From Lama glama (lineage: Eukaryota): 64,000 bases of DNA. Shown here piece by piece: positions 22,026 to 35,751 of the stretch; the first letter of the stretch is position 1, and the number at the start of each line of letters is the position of its first letter. The notes beneath the pieces are model-generated. The model did no database searches. It was given only the letters and a program-made list of their open reading frames with translations, and was not told where the DNA came from. A program made the position numbers and the translations under genes. The DNA is taken from assembly GCA_028534125.1 (NCBI GenBank), contig CM052821.1:46314001-46378000 (forward strand), in the 5' to 3' direction.

Positions 22026-24788
22026 TTCATGCTTTTTCTGGGGATTTTCAAAGTAGAACACAGCTGATAGACACACTAAATTAGTCATTTTTTTTGCACC
22101 TAAAATAATACGAAAAGTTAACATTTTCCAGGTAGTGGAGAGAAAAACTGCAAGGTGGCTGCATTATATTTGGGGAAAAGCAAAATACGTACTGGTTCTT
22201 TCTGACCCCAGGGCTGAGGAAGCCTTAGCAAACCCTAGGCAATCAGGTCGCCACCGTTTTTAAAGCAGGTGGATTCCATTGCCTGATAGACTGAGTGGCA
22301 GAAAAATGCAACAGGGACACAGGCTAAGCTCATTAAACAGGTGACCTTGCTAATCCTCGCATGCTGGGTGCCAGTGTTATTTAACTCATTTCACAAGGGA
22401 GAGGAGCAAGTTTCAAGGAGGTGAAGCGACTTGGACCCAGGAGACTAAACGGCTGAATTGCAACCTAACCTGGACCTGCTTCGGTTTCCTAGCACCAAGC
22501 TCAAGGCTCCACACGGGGCTTGGCTGGACATACCCCTTCTGGAGGCTTGAGATGCTCTGGGATTTAGGGGGCAGGTTCCCTCCAGGGGCGTCCTCGATGT
22601 CCGTGAGAATCTAAGTGTCTGAATGACTCATCCACGGATCAGGGCGCAATCCTCAGTCTTAAAATAACAAATCCCCATCGTGAAAGCCAATGCATTTTGA
22701 TGTCGCATAAATTCTTTCCTAATGATCATTTGGTGTCACTGGCTTATTTAAACGGACACATCCCTTCTAACAGGGCTCTTTCCCATCTGCTCTGCCCTTT
22801 AAGAAGCAGCATGGGAGGTAACTCACAGCCTTGGCATATCGAGTAGGAGCTGGAGAGGGTCGAGGTCCCTGTACGTCTCCTGACCTCACGTGCTGAGACA
22901 GACGAGGAGGAGCGGGAGGGGACATGCATTTAGGTCATAATAAATTCCCCAGCGTGCTCCATTTTTCTTCCATCTGCAAACCCGGATTGATGACCGGCGG
23001 TTTTCGTCTGACGCGGATAACCATGACCCCAGTGCTGTGTCCTGGAGGCACTGTGGTTTATAAGTCCACGTGACATTTTCTTTCATTCTCTATTGCGGAA
23101 GACGGGAACTAAACACACGCCAGGGTTTACCTGAGATGCCCCTTCTCTCCCACCCGACAAACATGGGTGTCTCCGGCTTACGAAAGCCCGGAGTGGATGT
23201 GCCAGAATCCGGGCACAGGAGATCAACGTGGGGTGGTCATTTACTGATCAAAGGAGACACAGGGAGCCCTCCCACTGGCCCCAGTGGGCCCCTAAAGGGT
23301 CCAACCTCAAACGCACTGAGAAAACAGTTCCTGGGGAAGCTGGCTGGAATGGGAAACAGGTGCCACGTTCCATCAGCGCAGAGCCTTGGACCTTCTGCTC
23401 CAGAAACATCTGGAGGCTTCCTATAGGGCAGAATCCTGGGCCCCTGCCCAGACGTTTCAAGGCGGCAGAGTCCAGGATTCCACAGTTTTAAAAAGTATTC
23501 TTGAAAGCCACTCAAGTGCAAGCTAGGAAGGTTAGTAGTTAACAGCAGCCTTACTTTTCAGATGACAGCCTTCAACTCTCTAAGCTTGAGCATCCTGGGT
23601 ATAAAACAGAGACAAGAATCGCACCTGCCTCAAGAGGTGAGATTACCACCTTGAATGCGCCCAGCACAGTGCCTGGCCAACCCTTAGCTGGTATGCAGAG
23701 GCACTGCCTTACCCATAATTAAGACCCAGAAATACCTCCAAACCGGCTAATCAGAGCTGCTGCTCTGAGCCCCTGAACTCAGGCACTCCCGGGAGTTCCC
23801 CTCCATCCAGCAACTCAAGGGTTAAGGCCCAGTCCAGCAGGGGAGCCTCGGGGATGCAGCTATGGGTCTGCTAAGGGCTGGTGGTTGAAATTCTTCAACT
23901 GCAACCTCTGCAGGCTTCCAGTAATGCCTGGTAGGCGGTGCAGGGAAGACTTACATCCCGTGAGGCACACCTGGATGTTCTGGCCAATATCAGCATGTCC
24001 ACCAACTCAAAGGCCGGCCTTTAATACAGGGCTCCCTGACCTCTGGCTGCTCAGGACCTTGACCTGGACCTTTCTTTCCTTGTCTGATTCCAGCTTTGAC
24101 CCCATTTGGACTGGATCTCTGAACTTCCCTTCTGGAAGTTTGACTCTCATCCTTTTTCCTGTGGCCTCTGGGGCCCTGTGTTTGCGTCTGACTTCTGGGG
24201 AATCTGACCCTCAGCTCTCGGAGGTGACTCTTTGGCTCTTCCCACTATAGAATGACCTTAGCCTCCAGGACAGGCTGCCACCTGTCACCTTCTGGTGGTG
24301 CCATCCCCAGAGCCCTGCTCAAACCCAGTACCACTGGTCTCAGATGCCAAGTTCCAGCCCTTCTTGGCCTCACCTACCCTACGGATCCCTGAGCTCCAAT
24401 TCTAGTCCTGATACAGATCACAGGTCTGCATCCTTTGAGAATAGGGTATGAAAGAAGTGGCAAAGAGGATGGAGGGGAAGAGGCAATCGAGAGGCAAAGG
24501 TAGAGATCAAAGGTGGAGGTCAAGGGTAGACAGTGGCGGGACCCGAGCCTACAGAGAGGGAGGTAGTTCTAGTTTCACTGTTTCTCTGCTCCACGAGGTC
24601 ATGGGCTGTGTCTGGGGCACTGGCATAGAGCCCAGTGCACAGGAAGCATCAGACAGGCAGGAGATGAACAAAGAATGAATGAATGAATGAAGGATGGTAT
24701 CAAGAGAGAAAGAAAAGAGGAGACACACATTTGAAGTAGCAACAAGGTAGAAAATAGATCTGACTTCAGACACATGGTGTTTAGGGGC

Positions 24789-25600
24789 TGTGGTACGCCC
24801 TAGTGCCAGTTACCAAATATTTCTGCCTTCTCTCCTTTCAGGGACATGGTAGAGTTGCACTTGGCCACACCCATTAAAGGTGGGCATGACCACATGGCAT
24901 GCTTTAGCCAATGAAATGTTAGCTGAATTTACGTCATTCTGACCCGAAACTTTAAGAGTCAATAGTGGATGACTGNNNNNNNNNNNNNNNNNNNNNNNNN
25001 NNNNNNNNNNNNNNNNNNNNNNNNNNNNNNNNNNNNNNNNNNNNNNNNNNNNNNNNNNNNNNNNNNNNNNNNNNNNNNNNNNNNNNNNNNNNNNNNNNNN
25101 NNNAAGTAAGCCAGAAAAAGAAAGAAAAATACCATATGATATGACTTATACTTGCAATCTTTAAAAAATGAGACAAATGAACTTATTTACAAAACAGAAA
25201 CAAACTTACAGACATAGAAAACAATCTTATGGTTACTGAGGGGAAAAGGGGTGGGAAGAGATAAACTGGGAATTTGAGATTTGCAGATATTAACTCCTAT
25301 ATATAAAATAGATAAACAACAAGTTTCTACTGGATAGCATAGGGAACTATATTCAGTATCTCTTAGTAACCTATAATGAAAAAGAATATGAAAATGAATA
25401 TATGTATGTACATGTATGACTGAAATATTATGCTGTACACCAGAAATTGACACATTGGAAACTGACTACACTTCCATTAAAAAAAAAAAGTCAATAGGAC
25501 ATTGGCTACTTTCCTCCCTATACAAAGAAGACGAATCCTGACTGCTCATGGTGCACGCAGATCCTGGGGACCTAAAAGGGACAGAATGATCTCTAGGAGT
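24789..25600 (+). mobile_element. Old MaLR LTR (MLT1J/I-like), interrupted by L1
   Basis: tgtggta start; ggtagagttgcactt...gcatgaccacatggcatgctttagccaatgaaatgt...aactttaagagtc; right boundary uncertain. Confidence 0.65.
24966..25485 (+). mobile_element. 5'-truncated L1 3' end (same family as 17802-18453), partly N
   Basis: gaaaaataccatatgatat...caaatgaacttatttacaaaacagaa...poly-A; TSD aagagtcaatag (24954-24965) / aaaagtcaatag (25486-25497) at a tt|aaga target. Confidence 0.93.
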
Positions 25601-25901
25601 CAAGCAACCTACACGGCATACTCGCAAAGACGCCCAGCGGATCTGGGACTGAAGGTCGGTCAGGGGAGGGGCTTTCTGGTGAGAATGGCACCGACTGCCA
25701 GGCCCAGTACCTATGTGCCTGTAGCTGCAGCCCTAAGCAAGAACCAGAAGGCCAATAGCCTATGTACCGTCCACCGCAGAACTCAGGCAACCAGGCGGCC
25801 TTCTCCCACGCTGTAGCCCACCGCCTCTCCCCGAGGAAGGAGCACTGAGTCCTCACATTGCTCTTTGCAACCCCCGCCCCCTCCCCAGCAAGCCACCCTC
25901 A

Positions 25902-26319
<418 letters not shown>

Positions 26320-26320
<1 letters not shown>

Positions 26321-26368
26321 CATCCATCCATCCATCTATCCATCTATCTATCCCTCCCTCCCTCCCTC
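26320..26368. repeat. (TCCA/TCTA/TCCC)n microsatellite
   Basis: catccatccatccatctatccatctatctatccctccctccctccctc. Confidence 0.9.
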
Positions 26369-28884
26369 AACTCATGCAACACATTTATTTACTGACACAG
26401 TCTTCTTCAAACGTTCCAGTTCACTATTTCCCAATGTATAGTAATTTACTGGCTTTCGGAGCATGAGCTGAGATAATTTTCCCACTCAGTGAGGAAGAAA
26501 GGACCCCTGGTTAAGGAGAAGGGAGCCCCCAGAGTAGAGCCACCTTCCCGCAGCGTTTTTACTCTCACATCCACTACATCTCGTGTCAAGAAACATCATC
26601 TCAAGGCAGGAGTGTTTTCTAGGGGAACAATTGCTTCTGTGTCCCCAGAGCTCAGCTTTGACGTTGGCCTCACTCTCTCGTGTACTGAGGCCGACGTCGA
26701 AGGTATGAGTCAGTTCTCTCGGTCAATTTCTTAGCATCTCAGCACCTCGGGTGAGTGAGCCACTCACCCCAATTTCTTAGAGCATTAATGTTTCTGGGCT
26801 CAGGACTTCTAAGTAGGGCAAGAAGGCATCAGAATCAACTATCTTCCATTAAGAAAACTCTGTCATGCCAGGTGCAGAAGGCATTTCTTGCAACTATTAT
26901 CAACAGCATTTTACAGAGTAGGACACTGGGGCTCACGTAGGACCATGATTTACATAACTAGTGGTGGAGCCAGGGCATGGATCTACACTTATCTGACACC
27001 CAGATCCTTTTCACCGTCTCAAAGCATTATTGCTTACCTATACGACAAATGTTTAAGGTAGAAGTTACAAATACATATTTTACAGGAAGAGAAACTGAGG
27101 TTCAAAGTTTAAACAACTTGTTAAAGGTCACAGGACTAACAGTCACTGTCATCCACAGCTAACTGATGCCTTCTAGAGCTCAGATCCTTACACCGTTGGC
27201 CAGCCTGAGAAATAAAGCCCTTTCTGACTGCATGGAAGCCCAGAAACATGTGAAGAAAGCACAGCGGTTCTCCGGGAACACCACGCTGGGTGAAACAGAA
27301 CCTCCTTGGTGTGATGACAGCTCCCTGAAATGATGGTGTGTGGGTTTGGTGGAATTTATTTGATCAATTTATCGAGCTCCTATCTAAATCATCACTCCAG
27401 CACAAATACATAAATTAGAGGCATAGGAAAAATACTACCACCCACTTTGTCATCGCATATGATCACATTCAGAACTCGTAGAATCCCTCAGAAAAACAGA
27501 TCACCGATTCAGGACGCGCAAGAGCCAATCAATTCCGCCCGCAACAAGCTTGGGACGTTCGTGCACAACAGTTAGATCTGAAAGGCACGGGGCCCTCAGC
27601 ACAGAAAGCCGTGCGCTGAGTCCTGATGCAATGACCTCACTGGAGAGCCCATTTAATAAACCCCACTGCGAGGCTGGGATGCAGAGAGGATGTGGGGTCC
27701 TTGGGGGAGCAGGTTCATTATCACCGATGACCCCTGGTTGGCGCTGCCACGTTGGTTTTGGTAGGGTGACGGGTGTCACGTGCTTACAACCGACAAAGGG
27801 GAATGACTGTTTCATTGACTTTAGGGTGGCCACCTGACTTTCAGGAAGGACACTCTTCAGCTGTCTGAAAGTCCACACTCCACATTCTGACATTCCATGA
27901 ATTGTGTTCTTTCAGACGAATTCTAACAGCCACATGAGAAGGGACAGTTCTCCTGCTCGCGTTCCCACCTCTGTGTTTTCCTGGCACGGCTCTCGCGTGG
28001 TGGGGATTGCCTTTGCCCCCTGCCGCCCCCACCGGTAATCCTTTCAGGCCCATCTCTAGCACGGAGCCGCCTGTGAATTCCCGCCTGAGATGGGGACATC
28101 TCTACCTGGGGCATCCTCCCGGTATTCCTGCCATCAGTTGACTTACATCCTGTTAAAGACAGAGTGGGTGACATTCAGGCACACACACACTGCTCATCTG
28201 TAAACGTCCATCCCGCCATTCGTCCAAGGGCAAGGACTCCATAATATCTAACACACTCAGAGGCATTAATAAATATCTGCTAAATAAATGACATCCGCTG
28301 CATAAATCTCTCCTGACTGAAGACCATTTATGTCAGTGCATTCGTGTATCCACATCCCTGCAGCTGCAAAGCACTTCACCTGCTCCCCATTCCCCAGTGT
28401 CACCACATTCTCGCGCTCAGCTATGGGATCTTTGGCATCTTCTTCGCCTACATGGAAAACTGCAGGCAGCGCCTGAAAGCGTCTTTTATATCAGTTGCTC
28501 TACTGGAAGGCTTGAACTCAAGGTCTTAATCTCCGGAGAAGGAGTAATTTGCCTGGTTAACCTTAATGTTATCTCAGAGAACAGCAACCAAGTTCCCCTT
28601 CTCTCAGTTTGCACCCGGGCTGCATTTCCTAGGACGGGGGCACACAGCCCTTTCACATCTGCCAGTCCTCTTCAAGGTTAAGAAAACAAAATCCTTACTT
28701 TGCCCCAAGAGAGCTGTAAGGTTACTATCCATTGGTTGAGAAAGCAAAATGATAAACAGCTGCTAAGACTTCATTCTGGCTTTTTTTTTTGGATGAAGAC
28801 ATCAGCGGCTCTGTTGATGATCAAAATGATGGCTGGGGTCTGTGTCCGTGGTCAGGGAGCCACGTGCAAGCAGCGTAGCCGGAG

Positions 28885-29075
28885 GTGAAGACTGGAACCA
28901 GATTGCCTGCTTCCGGTTCCCAGCCCTCCACGTCTTTAGCTGTGTATCCTTGAGAAAATGACTTAACCTCTCTCTGCCTCCGTATCTAACTCTTACAGCT
29001 GTTGTGACTTCGCACGTTTAAATGACTTCACACGTGTAAGGGCTAATCATAGGGGCTGGGACACATTAAGTAAGT
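28885..29075 (+). mobile_element. MIR SINE
   Basis: ctggaaccagattgcctg...tagctgtgtatccttgagaaaatgacttaacctctctctgcctc. Confidence 0.75.
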
Positions 29076-29280
29076 AATGGCCCTTTTCAAAAATATCATC
29101 ATTCAAGCTCATCCATCAGCTTTTGGAAGACAGCGAGCCCATCCACGTGGTTTTCTTTTTGGAGGTCATCGAGCACAACAGTGAGGTCCTTCTAGAACCT
29201 TGTTTCTCTAGGTGAGGTCTGAGGACCATCTGCTACAAAAACACCTGGGCTTCTTGTTAAAAATGCAGACGCCCAGGCCT

Positions 29281-29733
29281 CGACTAGGAAGTTAACTGTG
29301 ACCTGGAGGCTGCCTCCCCCTACATCTCTGGCTTTGTGAAGGAGGGATTTCCTGGCATCTTACCCCAGCCTTTCTCTCCCGCAAGGATGCGGAAGGAGTG
29401 ACCTGACCCGGTGAGTTGCAGAGAGAATTGAGTTTAGGTAGCTTAGCCCCTTCCTTCATCCTTCTCCTAGGAGCCAGCGTGCCAGCAGGACACCACCCTG
29501 ACTCAGTTTTATGTGGCAGGACCCCTCCAGATGAGATGGCAGATGCCCCACACCTCCTGGGATGGGGTGGGCGATGCTGGCTCTGGGCTGGGTATTACGA
29601 ATAGAGGCACCCACTGCAGATACACATCTGAGTCAGACCCTCCAATATAACTTTTATGAGCAAAATAACGTGATATTTTGTTCTCATTCCTTTATCTTAT
29701 CTCAAAGGATCCCGGAGTGTAGGAGTAATATCA
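29281..29733 (+). mobile_element. Unassigned ~450-bp LTR-like insertion inside MER5A
   Basis: Splits the MER5A halves; ends in ...aatatCA with an aaataa-like signal ~70 nt upstream; family not recognised. Confidence 0.35.
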
Positions 29734-29821
29734 TATATGAATTCCCTCCTCACCTAACACTTCTAAATAAGAATCCTGGCTCTTGGGTTGAGTAATCAGC
29801 ATTAAAAAAAATCCCCAGGTT

Positions 29822-29904
29822 GGGGAGAGGGTACAGCTCCGTGGTAGAGTGGCTGCTTAGCATGCACGAGGTCCTGGGTTCTATCCCCAGTACTTCCATT
29901 AAAA
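29822..29904 (+). mobile_element. Camelid Vic-1-type SINE (near full head)
   Basis: ggggagagggtacagctccgtggtagagtggctgcttagcatgcacgaggtcctgggttctatccccagtacttcc plus A tail; TSD aaaaaaaatccccaggt (29804-29820) / aaaaaaaatccccacgt (29905-29921). Confidence 0.92.
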
Positions 29905-30104
29905 AAAAAAAATCCCCACGTAATCTGGATGCACATTAAACTTTGAGAATTACTGATTAGGGTCTGGAAGCTCTGTCCTTGCTACAGTCAGTGGTCATGT
30001 TCACCTGCAGGGCCCTTAGCACACAGTAAACTCATTTGGTGTCTAAAAATTGCACATAAACCAGCAGAATTCAGTGGCAATCTCCAATGCTACGCTTCTT
30101 GAGG

Positions 30105-30235
30105 AAAAGTGGTGAAGAAGATGAATAGCAGAGCCAGACTGCCCAGGTTCAAATCCTGGCTCCTCACATAGCAAGCAGCTGTGTGACCTTGGACAAGTTA
30201 CTTAACCTCTCTGTGTCTATTTCGTCATTCACTAA
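30105..30235 (+). mobile_element. MIR SINE
   Basis: gagccagactgcccaggttcaaatcctggctc...gctgtgtgaccttggacaagttacttaacctctctgtg. Confidence 0.88.
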
Positions 30236-30745
30236 TAACATGGAGTTGAGAAAAAGTTCGTACCTCAGAATTAAACATTTTTTTCCTCTAGGCACAAGTT
30301 AATTTCTGAAAAAGAAGCTGTGTTCTTTGCTTATTCAAATGTCTTTTAACAGTACATGGAAAATAGTAAAATGTCCAGTAGGTCTTTGCTGTTAGCATTA
30401 TGCCCAGAATTCCCTGGCGCTGCACTCTGCCCCGTGTGTCTGGATTCAGGCACCTGCAATCTCAGCGGCCCCCTCCCTGCCTTTGCTGACACAATCCTTA
30501 CTCTGCCCAGACTCTGGTTCAGTGTAAATATCGACTGAGGGTCTGCTGTGTGTCAGATACCACATAAAATACTAAGGAATCAGTGACAAATAAAACATAG
30601 CCAGCACCCTAGAGGCAGTTAGGAGGAGACAGATAAACAATTATGAAGCAGCGAGGTACATGCAATGACAGAAACACTGGTAAGTCAGACGAATGGAGGG
30701 CAGGGAGTAATGGATTTGATGGGGGAAAGTGGGCGATGCCTGCTT

Positions 30746-30765
30746 CCCGCCCCACCCCCACCCCC
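30746..30765 (-). repeat. G-quadruplex motif on the LARGE1 sense strand
   Basis: Minus strand GGGGG T GGGGG T GGGG C GGG. Confidence 0.75.
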
Positions 30766-31959
30766 GCCGGAGGCATCCACACAGCCCCTGCCGCACTGCA
30801 GGCTGCACCTGCCCCTTCCACACAGACCTCCAAACTCCCAAGCCCCCCCAGAGTTTTTCTGATAACAGTGCTGTCCTGTAACACCCTTCTAGGCATAGCG
30901 TCCCCTCTGGTCCGCGGTGACAGCACATATGAGACACATTATCTTTCGCAGCTCTGCCAATCCCAGCTCATCAGCCAGGTAGCACTGACACCCTGGTCTT
31001 CAAAGTCCAAAGCCTTAATCTTGACGATGCAAACACTTCGGGGCTTGTCACCCTATTAAGAGGTAAAATCCCAGGACTCCTCCTGGGGAGGTGACCAGGT
31101 GTGCTGCCTCCCCCCGCATTCCACACCGCCTGTCTCCTCTTCTTAGGAGCTGTTATCATGAAACACTGGGACGAACACAAAAGGCTGTGTCACTGTTTCC
31201 CATGCTGGCCCTGTGGTTATGATTAAATGCACTGTTTCCCGTCTTCCTTACTCGAGGCACAAGTTAACTTATGAAAATGAAGCTGTCTTCTTTGCTTATT
31301 CATACATCACCGCTAACAGCCAGACAAGAGCGAACAAGCTTGCTATTCTGCTGGGGCCCTGGTGTCGGTGTCACCAGCCAGCAGACGGATGGCTCCAGAC
31401 GGGGAACTCCCCTGGCTCCCTCCTTCCGCAGCTTTTGGCTCAAGGCAGGGTTCCTGCCACTCAGGAGGTGAGGCTCCGGGGGAGCCGGGAATGATGATGC
31501 TTCCGCGTGAGACACTGGACGCGGAAAGGGCAGGCAAGGTATTCACTCGCCAGGTGTGCGGAAGGCAGCATGGTAAATGAGAAAGACAAAGGGTTTTAAA
31601 ACCAGGCAAAACAGGGTTCCAGCTCCAGCTCTGTACGGCTTGGCCAAGGCGTAACTGCTCTGAGCCTCAATCTCCTTATTGTAAAAAGGCAAGGATAGAA
31701 TCTCCCACCTGTCTTCGAGAATGGGTGTGCAGATCCAAGAAGACAATGTGTGCAAAGCCCCGGGCTGGTGATGGATGCTCGACTAAAGGCATTTCTCTCC
31801 TTCCCTTTCGTGATGGCCATTGTTCATAAAGTCTAAGTGTTCCTATTCCAGCACTGACACTAGCTGTACAGACCGGACTCTGCAAAATGTGGCCGACTGC
31901 TCCCCGAACTCCCACCCTGCTGGCTCTTCCCACTGCTCCCCTGAAACTTCTGGAAGCCT

Positions 31960-32530
31960 TTAGTTTCCGTGACACTAGTCTCCCGGCTCTGAACATTCCT
32001 TCCCCGCCTCCTTCATGGGACTCCTCTCTCTCTGCCTCCCCTTCAATGCTCAGCTCCCCAACTCCCATCCTTGGCCCCCTCATTTTACTGTACATTTTAT
32101 CTTGGATGATGGACTCCACTCCAAGGGCTCCACATACCACCGGTAGGGGGAGAACCCCTCATCTCCACCTCAGACTACTTTCCAGAGCTTCTTACTCTTA
32201 AATCTAGCTATCTGCTCACCATCTTCATTTGACTGTTTCCGCAACAACCTTCAACTCAAATTATTCAAAGTTAAATCCACAATTTTCTCCTCCTAAAAAA
32301 CGCCCTGAGTCCTGCCCGTTCTGCTGGTTGGGCGCATCGATTTCCAACTTGTCACCAAAGCTAGAACCTTTGACTCCACCCTGACACCTTCCTCTCTTCC
32401 CACATCTCATCACTGCTGCAGTCAACTCCTACACATCTTATCTGCTGGTTGTCAAACTCATCCCCTTCCTAGCTCTCCCATCCTTGCCCTCATGATCTCT
32501 CCTTCTCTGAGACCTTAGCAGAGTCACACC
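31960..32530 (+). mobile_element. L2 LINE fragment
   Basis: tccttggccccctcattttact...aaatctagctatctgctcaccatcttcatttgactgtttc...cttcaactcaaa. Confidence 0.6.
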
Positions 32531-32667
32531 TGATCACCTTTCCCTTAGCGAGAGCCCTGTGCCATTCCGTTTTGCTTTACTCAGCCCTAGAAATATTTTA
32601 AAAGCTCAAATTTAATGATTTTGCTTCCCTGATTGAAAAGTTTAATGCTTCTGGGGCCCAGCTGAGT

Positions 32668-32758
32668 GTGGATGGATGGATAGATGGATGAATGGATGGA
32701 TGGATGGATAGATGATGGATGGGTAGACAGATGGATGAATAAATGGATGAACGAATGA
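32668..32758. repeat. (GGAT)n microsatellite
   Basis: tggatggatggatagatggatgaatggatggatggatggatagat... Confidence 0.9.
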
Positions 32759-34664
32759 AAAAGAAACATTGTCTATAACCCATCAACCCAGCCCATCTGG
32801 AGAACTCTGTGTCAGTGGGGTGGAGGATGGTACTAGTTAACCTCTCCAGGTAAACTCCAGGAGCAGGTAGCCCTAGCGCGGATCATGGATGCTTCTAGTG
32901 CTTTTTCCCACCCCCAGGAAAGCTCCAGGGTGCACAGAGGGAGTCTGCCAATCCCAGCTGTGTAGCAAACCAGCTGTCCTTATATACCAGCAGGCAGATT
33001 TGAAAATGTGATAACCGGGGGCTGTACTAGGTCTGAGCAGAGAAAGCAACAATGCTCTTCCAACCTTGTATTTATTCTATTCAGCTCTTTTAAAACAGAA
33101 AAGACTTTAATGGTAGCATTCAATGCATGTCTGAGTGCAGGGTGGCTATACTAAGGAAAACACAGAGTATCACATTACTGTTTACTAAACATCTGAAAAG
33201 TACTGCTCTACAGCCAGAGGTGCCCCTGGCTAGTGGGTGCAGAATAATAAAACATCTCCTGAGAAGATGCAGCACAAAAGGGGATTTAAACAGCCCTGAA
33301 TGGGTTGAAAAGGGCTGTTTCTGAACTTGCACGTCTCACCGCTCCCACCTTCCCGGTTTGGCTCCAGCTAAATGCACCCTGGGCATCACAGAAGTTTGTA
33401 TGAGCTGCGGAGGGCTTAGTAATTATTCTGGGACCACCGAGTTTGACAGGTGAAGCCCAGAGAAAGGAATGAGGTGTTGAGGAACATGCCGGCGACGCAA
33501 GAGCCGGGACTCCACCACCAACTCTACGCTCCACGTCTTTTCTATGCATGAGGTTCCCTAACGTGGCCTCCTCTTCTCTCCTTCAACTTTAATATGATTC
33601 TCACCTAGTTCAAATTCAAGCTCTTCTATGCGTCAATGGTAATCCTGGGCAAATTCTCAGCTCCTCAGTTTCCTCCTCTGTAAAATTACTACAGTAAAGA
33701 TAACTATTTCTGCAGGCATCACTGGGGCTCTTAACCAGGTTGATGCACCCTGCGTTTATACAGCATGTCCTTGAGTTGGAAGCTATGGGCTGTAGTTAAA
33801 AAGGTCCTGCTGTCAATCATTTTGCCTCCTGGAGGCTGCTTGATGAAGCTCCCTGGCCCCTCCAGTTTATTCCTTATTCAGCCAACCCTGATTTCATTCG
33901 GGGAAAAACACTCCACCCTTACTGACCTCTGTAGCTGAGAGATATTCCTTCTGGGAGGAATTAGAATCAGTGTCACTCTGGAAGGTAGAATTAGGCTTTA
34001 CAAGTGAAGATTGAAGGAAAATAGATTTTGCTTATTACAAGCCAGGCCACTGGGGTTCACCACAACAGAAATGAACTGCATTTCCAGGGAGGAGCTTCCA
34101 AGCACCGGAAGGGTTCCAGACGAGGCTGCGTGATCAGCCCCGACCAGCAGGTATTCACCATGTCCCTGCCGTGACCTGGGCCATGCGCCAACTGCTGGAG
34201 ACACGCACTGAAGGAAACAGACCTAGTCCTGACTTTTCCGATTGTATGATCTCTACAAAAAGCTTCTCAAATGGTTTGGCTGCTGCCTGCTAGGTCCCAG
34301 CTGGACTTCCCTGAAGCAGATTCTCCTGGGGTGAAGCCCAGGGTATTTCTCTGCAAAGGACAGCTCTATGAATGCCGATGCACGGCAGGCTTGGGGACCT
34401 TTGGGAGCGGGAAGTCACCTGAGCAGGCATGCTGTGGGAGGGGGCTTATCTGTACTGAGCAGAACTCTGGATTTGATGACCTCAAAGCTCCCTTCCAACC
34501 TGACCATGAGGTCTCTTTATTCTAGACCAGCAATGCCTTTTCTCAACATCCTCTCAAGCTGGACCATCCCACCCACGTTAGTTTTGGACATGTGCTGTGT
34601 GTGTGTGCACACAGCTGGCCCCAAGGGGAGCCTGTTTTCTCAGGGCAGCCCCTGCTCTGTGAGC

Positions 34665-34845
34665 ACGTTGCCCAGGCACCATGATATGTGCTTTCCTTGC
34701 CTCATCTCCGAACCCCTTACAACAACCCCACAAGGTGGGCACAGGGCTCGTCTCTCAGAAGGCAAACTGAGGTTTAGGGAGGGAAAGTCAATGTCAGAGA
34801 CATGTGGCTAAGGACCTCAGAGCTGGAGTTGTGTTCAGGTCTCTC
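34665..34845 (-). mobile_element. MIR SINE
   Basis: ccttacaacaacccc...ggcaaactgaggtttagggagg. Confidence 0.65.
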
Positions 34846-35751
34846 TGTTGCAAAAGCCCATGTTTTACACCTAGACTCGTGGTTAGGAACAATCTGCAGG
34901 GCGTTTCTCTCTCCAGGGGAAGGGCTGCAGCGGGTAAAGCTCCGAAGGGCACAGACAGAAAGGGCGGAAAGGCTCTCCAGGTGTATTTGATCAGCCCACC
35001 TTTTCCTGCCCGGGGTGCCTCCTGGGGCTGCAGGCAGGGGTCTGGGGCTCTGCAGGGTCCTCTGGTCCCCATCGGGCACTCTGAGTCCAAGTTCCTTCAG
35101 CCTTTATCCCAGGGTGCCAAGCTGAGAGCGCAGCCCACCCAGGGGCACCGAGGGAGAACAGAGAAGGCAGCCCTGAGACTCAGAAAAGAGCCTCCGGATG
35201 ACGATTCTCTCTGGCGAGATGTAGGAACAAGTGTCCCCACCCGCCAAGTCAGCCCCGAGCGGGCCCCTGCCAACTTAACTCACGTTTAAAAACTCCTGCT
35301 CGATCTCAAATAATGATTTCTCTCCTCTTCCTTCCGTGATCTTTGGTCTCGGGGAATGGGAAAAACTAAAAAGGGACAGACGCGGAGCCAGCCGCTGGGC
35401 TCTCTTCCAAGGCTGCTTTCATCACACGGGCTCCCAGGATGCTGGCTCCTTCACCTCTTAGACGCGGCCTCAGCTGGGGGAGCAGAGCCGGCCTGGACCC
35501 GGCTGTCACCTCCAACCGTGGGCTTCTTGGATCTGCCTCTTTTTAAAAACACAATCAGTGGGCGTCTCTCAGATCCTTCACTCTCGGACACTCCTTGAAT
35601 CAGTAATAACCGTGCCTGGGAGCAGTGCCCTAACCTTCCTAGTGGGGTTGCGGAAAAAGCACCTCTTGCAGGATTTGAAGGGCAATGTTCAGGATCTGGC
35701 TTTTCCAATTATCAACTGTGCGACCCGGGCCCAAAGGACTCAATTTTGGGG

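Larger units (their letters stand above)
29198..29955 (+). mobile_element. hAT-Charlie MER5A-like element interrupted by two insertions
   Basis: Left part cacctgggcttcttgttaaaaatgcagacgcccaggcc; right part ...gatgcacattaaactttgagaattactg; preceded by ttctagaa hAT-type target site. Confidence 0.7.

Noticed and set aside
29822-29897. tRNA-Ala-like gene
   Set aside because: It has an A-tail and TSD, a mutated B-box (ggttctatccc) and broken stems, so it is a SINE copy and not a tRNA gene. The same applies to 2397 and 12113.
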